Part shown: positions 54,801-64,000 of the stretch, piece after piece
How the letters are laid out: every line of letters starts with the position of its first letter
Position numbering within the stretch: the stretch's first letter is position 1
Assembly (NCBI GenBank): GCA_964016885.1
Contig: CAXHJY010000168.1
Coordinates: 172,609 to 236,608, forward strand
Source: Eledone cirrhosa
Lineage: Eukaryota
Length of the DNA: 64,000 bases
Direction: 5' to 3'
The notes under the pieces: generated by a model
Told to the model about the DNA's origin: nothing
Seen by the model: only the letters and a program-made list of their open reading frames with translations
Databases searched by the model: none
Position numbers and translations under genes: made by a program

Positions 54801-55155
54801 TACGAGGTGTGTCTAAAAAGAAAAAGAACTGGAGTGCGAAAATAATTTCAAATACAAACTACAACCTACAAGTTTGCCTCGTCGAAATAAAATCCTTCGG
54901 CTCTAACTGACTTTTCCATCCTTCTCCATCACGCCTTCATGTACTTCTGGAAAGATTCTCTCGGGATTCTCCGCAGTTCCGTCGTCATGGCCCTCCTGAT
55001 GGATTTGATGTCCGAGAAACAGGTCCCCTTGATGAACCTCTTGATTTTGGAGAAAATGATAAAAATCAAACTGAGCCTCGTCGGGTTAGTACGGTGTTTG
55101 CGGCAGCACGGTGATGTTCTTCTCGGCCAGGAACTACGGGATGCTCAGGGCGATA
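54801..55155 (-). mobile_element. Mariner (Tc1/mariner) 3' fragment, degenerate transposase C-terminus plus one TIR
   Basis: TA-CGAGGTGTGTC terminus; minus strand FLAEKNITVLPQTPY*PDEAQFDF (decayed YSPDLAPxD) then FSKIKRFIKGTCFSDI...IPRESFQK...RRMEKSVRAEGFYFD. Confidence 0.85.
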
Positions 55156-55194
55156 TGCGACATGAGTTTGACTTTGGAGTTCGACTGCCCTGCT

Positions 55195-55935
55195 TTCTTC
55201 GGCTTTGTATATCTCGGAAGTGCCATTAGAAGAGATGGTACCCTCGATGCTGAAATAAAACACAGGATTTCGAAAGCAAATCTTGCCTTCCGGGAAGCCT
55301 GAGAAGCGAGTTTGGTCAGATGGGGTATCATGAAAAACACAACACTCTCTGTGTATAAGGCCTGTGTTCTTACAGCACTGCTATACGGGTGCGAAGCGTG
55401 AACAACTTACAAGCATCAATTCAGGCAGGTGGAAATGTTTAACCAGCATTTTATCCGATGCATCATGAACATCATGTGTCCTCCTACACACCTGATGCTG
55501 CTGTATTTGAGAACGTAGGCAGCACCATAATTATTCTGAACCAGGTGCGTTGGGCTGGCCATTTGGTCAGGATAGAAGATAGAAGGCTGCGTGAGCAGTA
55601 ATTTTATGGGGAGCTGACCACACGAAAAGAGACAAAGAAGCAGTTTAGTGATGTAATAAAAGACAATCTTAAAGCTCTGAAGATTGATATGGAGAACTGG
55701 GAGACATCGGCTGAAGGCCGTACATCATGGAAAATGATCATCAAGTATGGATGCGAAGACTGTAAGAAAAGGTGAGTTGGGTATACTGCTTTGAAGCATT
55801 CATTCCGTAATTGGGACCCAAGTGCAGGGCCTGAAAAAATCCAGCGGGAATTCAGGAGCAATGTACGTGGACGATTTTTTCTATCTAGTGCAGGATGTGT
55901 CAACCATCTTAAGTCACACGAGCCAGGGGAAAATC
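55195..55935 (+). pseudogene. RTE-like LINE 3' fragment (RT C-terminal region and decayed C2H2 finger)
   Basis: FVYLGSAIRRDGTLDAEIKHRISKANLAF; YKACVLTALLYGCEA*TT; QVRWAGHLVRIEDRRL..FYGEL; NVRGRFFLSSAGCVNHLKSH; stops and frameshifts. Confidence 0.85.
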
Positions 55936-56150
55936 GAGTCACTTGTGAGAGAGATGGTTCGGCGGACACTCCCTCCGCGCTACGGCGGCAATGAATGAGG
56001 ATCAATTTTTAAATTAATTCGTGGACTTACCAGACATGATAGAATGCATGAAGACATACACGAGCCGTTAATGTAAGGACACAGACAGTTCAAGATTCAT
56101 ATCTGCAAAACAAAAGCTGGACTGAAACGTCAGACAAGAAATATATTCTA

Positions 56151-56278
<128 letters not shown>

Positions 56279-56317
56279 CGAAACATAAGTCAATTGCATG
56301 AACTCATAATCCTATTT

Positions 56318-56373
56318 ACTGCTATATATATTTCGATGATAGCCATTGAATGGCTATGAACTCATCAGGCAGT
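56318..56373 (-). ncRNA. Solo type I hammerhead (pLTR 3'-end remnant)
   Basis: Minus strand ACTGC CTGATGA GTTC ATAGCCAT TCA ATGGCTAT CATC GAAA TATATA TA GCAGT; ~43 nt from (TA)n. Confidence 0.83.
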
Positions 56374-56689
56374 TAGTCAGTTCTTAGATATGCCAGCTCT
56401 GTGTTTATAGTGTTGATGGTATCAGAGCCTTGGGATATATGAGCTTGTTAGGAATAATTTAATGTTGTCAGCAGGAATAGTCTTAATTCTCATTGGTCAG
56501 TTTGTAGATGCTAGTAGGGTTGGTATTTGACCTCAAAGAGGCAGGTGGTGTTGTAAAATTCAAACCGTCAGGCAAGATGACAATAGTTCCATATGACTGA
56601 TTTTCACAAAAAGCATTCCTGGTCAGATATATATTCAATTAAGGTTAATAGTATGAAATAGATACTACAGGTCATTCTTAAATTGATGA

Positions 56690-56990
56690 ATTTATGTGGA
56701 GTGGTGCTACTGAAAATTATGGTTAGAGTAGAAAATTTACAAATAAAAAGACTTATGTAGGTTGGCTTGCACGTACACTCACACCCACCTCCACAGACAC
56801 ACACACACATCCACACATACAAATTGAGGAATTAATGTGGGCTGGTAATACTTAAAATAATGGTTAGAGTCAAATACTTAGATAGTTTAGAAAATTTAGA
56901 AATAAAAGGCTGATGTTGGTTGACTTGTACATACACTCACACCTACCCCCTCAGACACACACACATCTACACACACAAATCCATACAGAT
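56690..56990. repeat. Diverged two-copy tandem duplication (~145-160 bp)
   Basis: ATGGTTAGAGT...AGAAAATTTA..AATAAAA..TACACTCACACC..CAGACACACACACA occurs twice. Confidence 0.65.
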
Positions 56991-57186
56991 GTGTATATAT
57001 ATATATGTACGCACAAGTATATATATATATATATAATACATATATATACATAATATATATATATATATATATAAAATACATACATATATAAAATATACAT
57101 ACATATATAAAATATATACATATATAAAATATATATATATATAAAATATACATACACATATATATATAAAATACATATATATATAA

Positions 57187-57964
57187 ATACTATTAATAAT
57201 GAGTTCAAACCTCAGGCAGTCCTTTACAATGAAATAGCTCAAAGAAATATTTCCGAGCCGTGTAATACAAGTTAATATAAATTAATATATTTGATAAACA
57301 CAAATACCAACATATCCGTGTTTGTATTGTAAACGACTAAAGTTAGCTAGATTGAAAAATACTAATTATAATAATACAGTTTGCCTGTCTCGATTTAAAA
57401 TAATAAATCAATAAAAACAAAGCATATTGGCAAATGGCCGTGGTGCTTGGACAAATTTAAATTTCAAAATCAAACCTGTTCCGTAGATAGGTTTAAACCT
57501 TAAAATCCAAATATGTTTCGAAAAATGAAAAAAGTGGAGGAATACCGCATTTCTATCTCCTCAGCAAGCACCAGAAAAATTGGTATGTTCCACTTCAAAA
57601 TATTTAAAAAGACTGTTTAACGCACATGGTTTTTCACATACGGTTATCCAGTGTCTAGCTGCCCCATACTCGTGCTGCGAGAAATAACAGCCGTTTATAT
57701 GGGGCTAAATTTAGCTCTACGTAAGGAGCAGTGATACTATTAATAATGAGTTCAAACCTCAGGCAGTCCTTTACAATGAAATAGCTCAAAGAAATATTTC
57801 CGAGCCGTGTAATACAAGTTAATTATTATTTTAAATCGAGACAGGCAAACTGTATTATTATAATTAGTATTTTTCAATCTAGCTAACTTTAGTCGTTTAC
57901 AATACAAACACGGATATGTTGGTATTTGTGTTTATCAAATATATTAATTTATATTAACTTGTAT
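57187..57964 (-). mobile_element. pLTR-like insertion: partial tandem (547-bp period) plus inverted arm lacking the tail
   Basis: 57187-57274 repeated at 57734-57822; 57265-57406 inverted at 57823-57964; weak CTGAGGA...GAAA on minus strand (57564-57516); (TA)-rich flanks. Confidence 0.78.
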
Positions 57965-57992
57965 ATATATATAAATATATATATTAAATATA

Positions 57993-58038
<46 letters not shown>

Positions 58039-58073
58039 CACATATATACACATATAAAATACATATATATATA

Positions 58074-58160
<87 letters not shown>

Positions 58161-58164
<4 letters not shown>

Positions 58165-58383
58165 AAAGAGATGAAATCGAAAATGCAACTGAAGTCTTAT
58201 TTTTTTTTTAAATATATATATTTTCGCAGAAGAACTGCGAAACCGGTAAAGGAACCAAATAAATATATATATTTAAAAAAAAAATAAGACTTCAGTTGCA
58301 TTTTCGATTTCATCTCTTTTTCTTTATACTTTCACTCGTGTAGGACACCTCGGTTATTTTTCATTTTGTAAAAAAACCTCACT

Positions 58384-58386
<3 letters not shown>
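58161..58386 (+). mobile_element. Short pLTR-like fold-back with half hammerhead and ~63-nt tail
   Basis: 58161-58222 inverted at ~58261-58323; centre TTTCGCAG AAGAA CTGC GAAA CCGG TA; (TA)n on both sides. Confidence 0.8.
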
Positions 58387-61755
<3,369 letters not shown>

Positions 61756-61794
61756 TATATATATATATATTTATTTATTTATTTATATATATAT

Positions 61795-62576
61795 ATTAAA
61801 TGTATAAATTGAGTTAGGAACTAAACATAGTCGCTTACAACAAAATAGCTCTAAGAAAGAGATATTTCTGATCCGTATATTATAATAGAATATAAAAGAA
61901 AAGCGAACAAAGATATATAGATATATGTGTTCAAATCGTAAGGGACCTGATTCGCTAAGGTGAAAAGAATACTAACTATAGACAATTAGGTTCGCTTGTC
62001 TCAATTTAAGAAAAAATTAAGAAAAATAATACAAACCGGAATTGTGGTAACTACCAATCACCCATGAATAGAAATACTAATCCAAGCTCATCAGTGGGTG
62101 ATAAATTAGTATCCTAGACACATCTATGTATGCAATATATCCAAAATAAAACAGCGCACATGGCATCTTAGCGAGTCTCACAAACCCACACCAATTCCTA
62201 ACTCAATTTATACATTTAATATATTCGGTTCTGTTAATTTTTTGAGCTATTTCAAATGTCGAGTTAACCTGGCTGCTATTTTTAGTGGTGTGGGTTTGTG
62301 AGACTCGCTAAGATGCCATGTGCGGTGCTTTATTTTTTATATATAGCATACATAGATGTGTCTAGGATACTAATTTATTACCCACTAAGCTTGGATTAGG
62401 TTATTGGTAGTTACCACAATTCCGGTTTGTATTTATTTTCTTAATTTTTTCTTAAATTGAGACAAGCGAACCTAATTGTCTATAGTTAGTATTCTTTTCA
62501 CCTTAGCGAATCAGGTCCCGTACGATTTGAACTCATACATCTATATATATGTGTTCGCTTTTCTTTTTTATTCTAT

Positions 62577-62580
<4 letters not shown>
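61795..62580. mobile_element. Nested pLTR-like fold-back (~310-bp arms)
   Basis: ~61881-62192 inverted at ~62286-62580; 61795-61820 inverted at ~62195-62222; minus strand CTGATGA GCTTG...CAAGC GAAC CTAATTG TC (62094-61981). Confidence 0.75.
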
Positions 62581-62614
<34 letters not shown>

Positions 62615-62631
62615 CAATATATACAAAATAA

Positions 62632-62697
<66 letters not shown>

Positions 62698-62740
62698 TAT
62701 ATAGATATATAGATATATAGATATATATATATATATTTAG

Positions 62741-62833
<93 letters not shown>

Positions 62834-63077
62834 AAGTAATTCCGTCGGAAAAAAAAATATATATATATATATATTTAATACATTAACAGAGAAAGCTTTA
62901 AGCTATACTCTGACTGGCTTCCATGTCACTCAACAAACATTAGGATATACCTTAGTATAATCCCAATTTCACGTTTGGGGTGCTAACTATATGTATTTTG
63001 CGGATAGCCAGTTGTATTATTTTATACGAGACATAATTAAAATATGCATTCACATCGACACATATCTATCCACCTAC

Positions 63078-63082
<5 letters not shown>

Positions 63083-63162
<80 letters not shown>

Positions 63163-63167
63163 ACCTC

Positions 63168-63219
<52 letters not shown>

Positions 63220-63227
63220 ACCTCCCC

Positions 63228-63282
<55 letters not shown>
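63083..63282. repeat. (CT)n/(TA)n microsatellite; similar simple repeats at 37393-37580, 38464-38635, 44851-45105, 46284-46510, 52081-52352, 54355-54407, 56152-56274, 60933-61042, 62581-62830
   Basis: Read directly. Confidence 0.95.
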
Positions 63283-63283
<1 letters not shown>

Positions 63284-63885
63284 TACTACTATAGACTAAC
63301 TATAGACAATTAACATGACAAATTAAATCTTAATCGTTTCTAGTTTACCTCTTTTTCTTTGTAAGTCCTCATCAATTGACGCTAGGGTTTTGTTATTATT
63401 CTGCTAGTCAGATGGGAATTTCAATAAATTAAGAATTTATTGCGTACACTATACTGTACATCACACTTTAAATTACTTATCCTAAATCATGTAATTGTTC
63501 TCTTTCCGTTATTTCTCTTAGCGCTAATTTTTTTTAATTATGCATTCAGTAAATCACACATTCACTTAATTATATTTATTTTTTACCTTAATTATGTACA
63601 TATATATTTATATATACATATATGTTTGTGTGTGCACGCGGGTGTGTGTGTATATGCATGTATATATTTATGTATCGCTCACCGTATATTTACATACATA
63701 CACACACACATATATTTATATATATATATAGTAATATATATATATATATACATATAATGTAGGAGGTGAGTTTTATTGTAGTACAATAAAGCAATGCAGA
63801 TATCGGATAAGGAGCACTCTACAGTTTGTAGGACTGGAGTATACATAATATATAAGATCAAAAGATGGTTAAAGGAGTTCCATGT

Positions 63886-63954
63886 ATTTTATTATGCGCA
63901 TTTCAAAAACAAACATCATCATGCAATAATATTTGTGTTTTCATCAGATAAAAC
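63886..63954 (-). ncRNA. Solo type I hammerhead with long stem II
   Basis: Minus strand GTTTTAT CTGATGA AAACACAAATATTATT GCAT GATGATGTTTGTTTTT GAAA TGCGCA TA ATAAAAT; palindromic ATGCGCAT stem III. Confidence 0.85.
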
Positions 63955-64000
63955 AGGAGGACATGATATGAAGGCTAAAAAACACTTGTGGATAGTGCAG

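Noticed and set aside
56080-56140. GAAACGTC half hammerhead
   Set aside because: No upstream CTGANGA core found.

Overview
Gene-free, repeat-dominated eukaryotic DNA. It is probably an octopus/cephalopod genome, inferred from a SINE fragment I recognise from memory and the very high (TA)n density. Positions 1-34244 are one strand-asymmetric ~20-bp satellite with kb-scale higher-order duplications, and all ORFs there are spurious. Positions 34245-64000 hold Penelope-like retroelements (PLEs) and non-coding satellites inserted into (TA)n microsatellites. These include two PLE RT/GIY-YIG remnants, about eight pLTR-like fold-back insertions, and mariner, RTE, CRE-like, MITE and SINE fragments. 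The main finding is three related families of ~420-495-bp tandem repeats (A, B, C). Every complete monomer carries a type I hammerhead ribozyme motif with covarying stems and an upstream octamer (ATGCAAAT). The two large arrays (A, B) have the Penelope architecture of an inverted arm lacking a 3' tail. This suggests retrozyme-like circular RNAs copied by rolling-circle reverse transcription and integrated by PLE machinery. About 25 hammerhead motifs (18 in arrays, the rest solo/pLTR) were read by eye. Activity and mechanism are inference.
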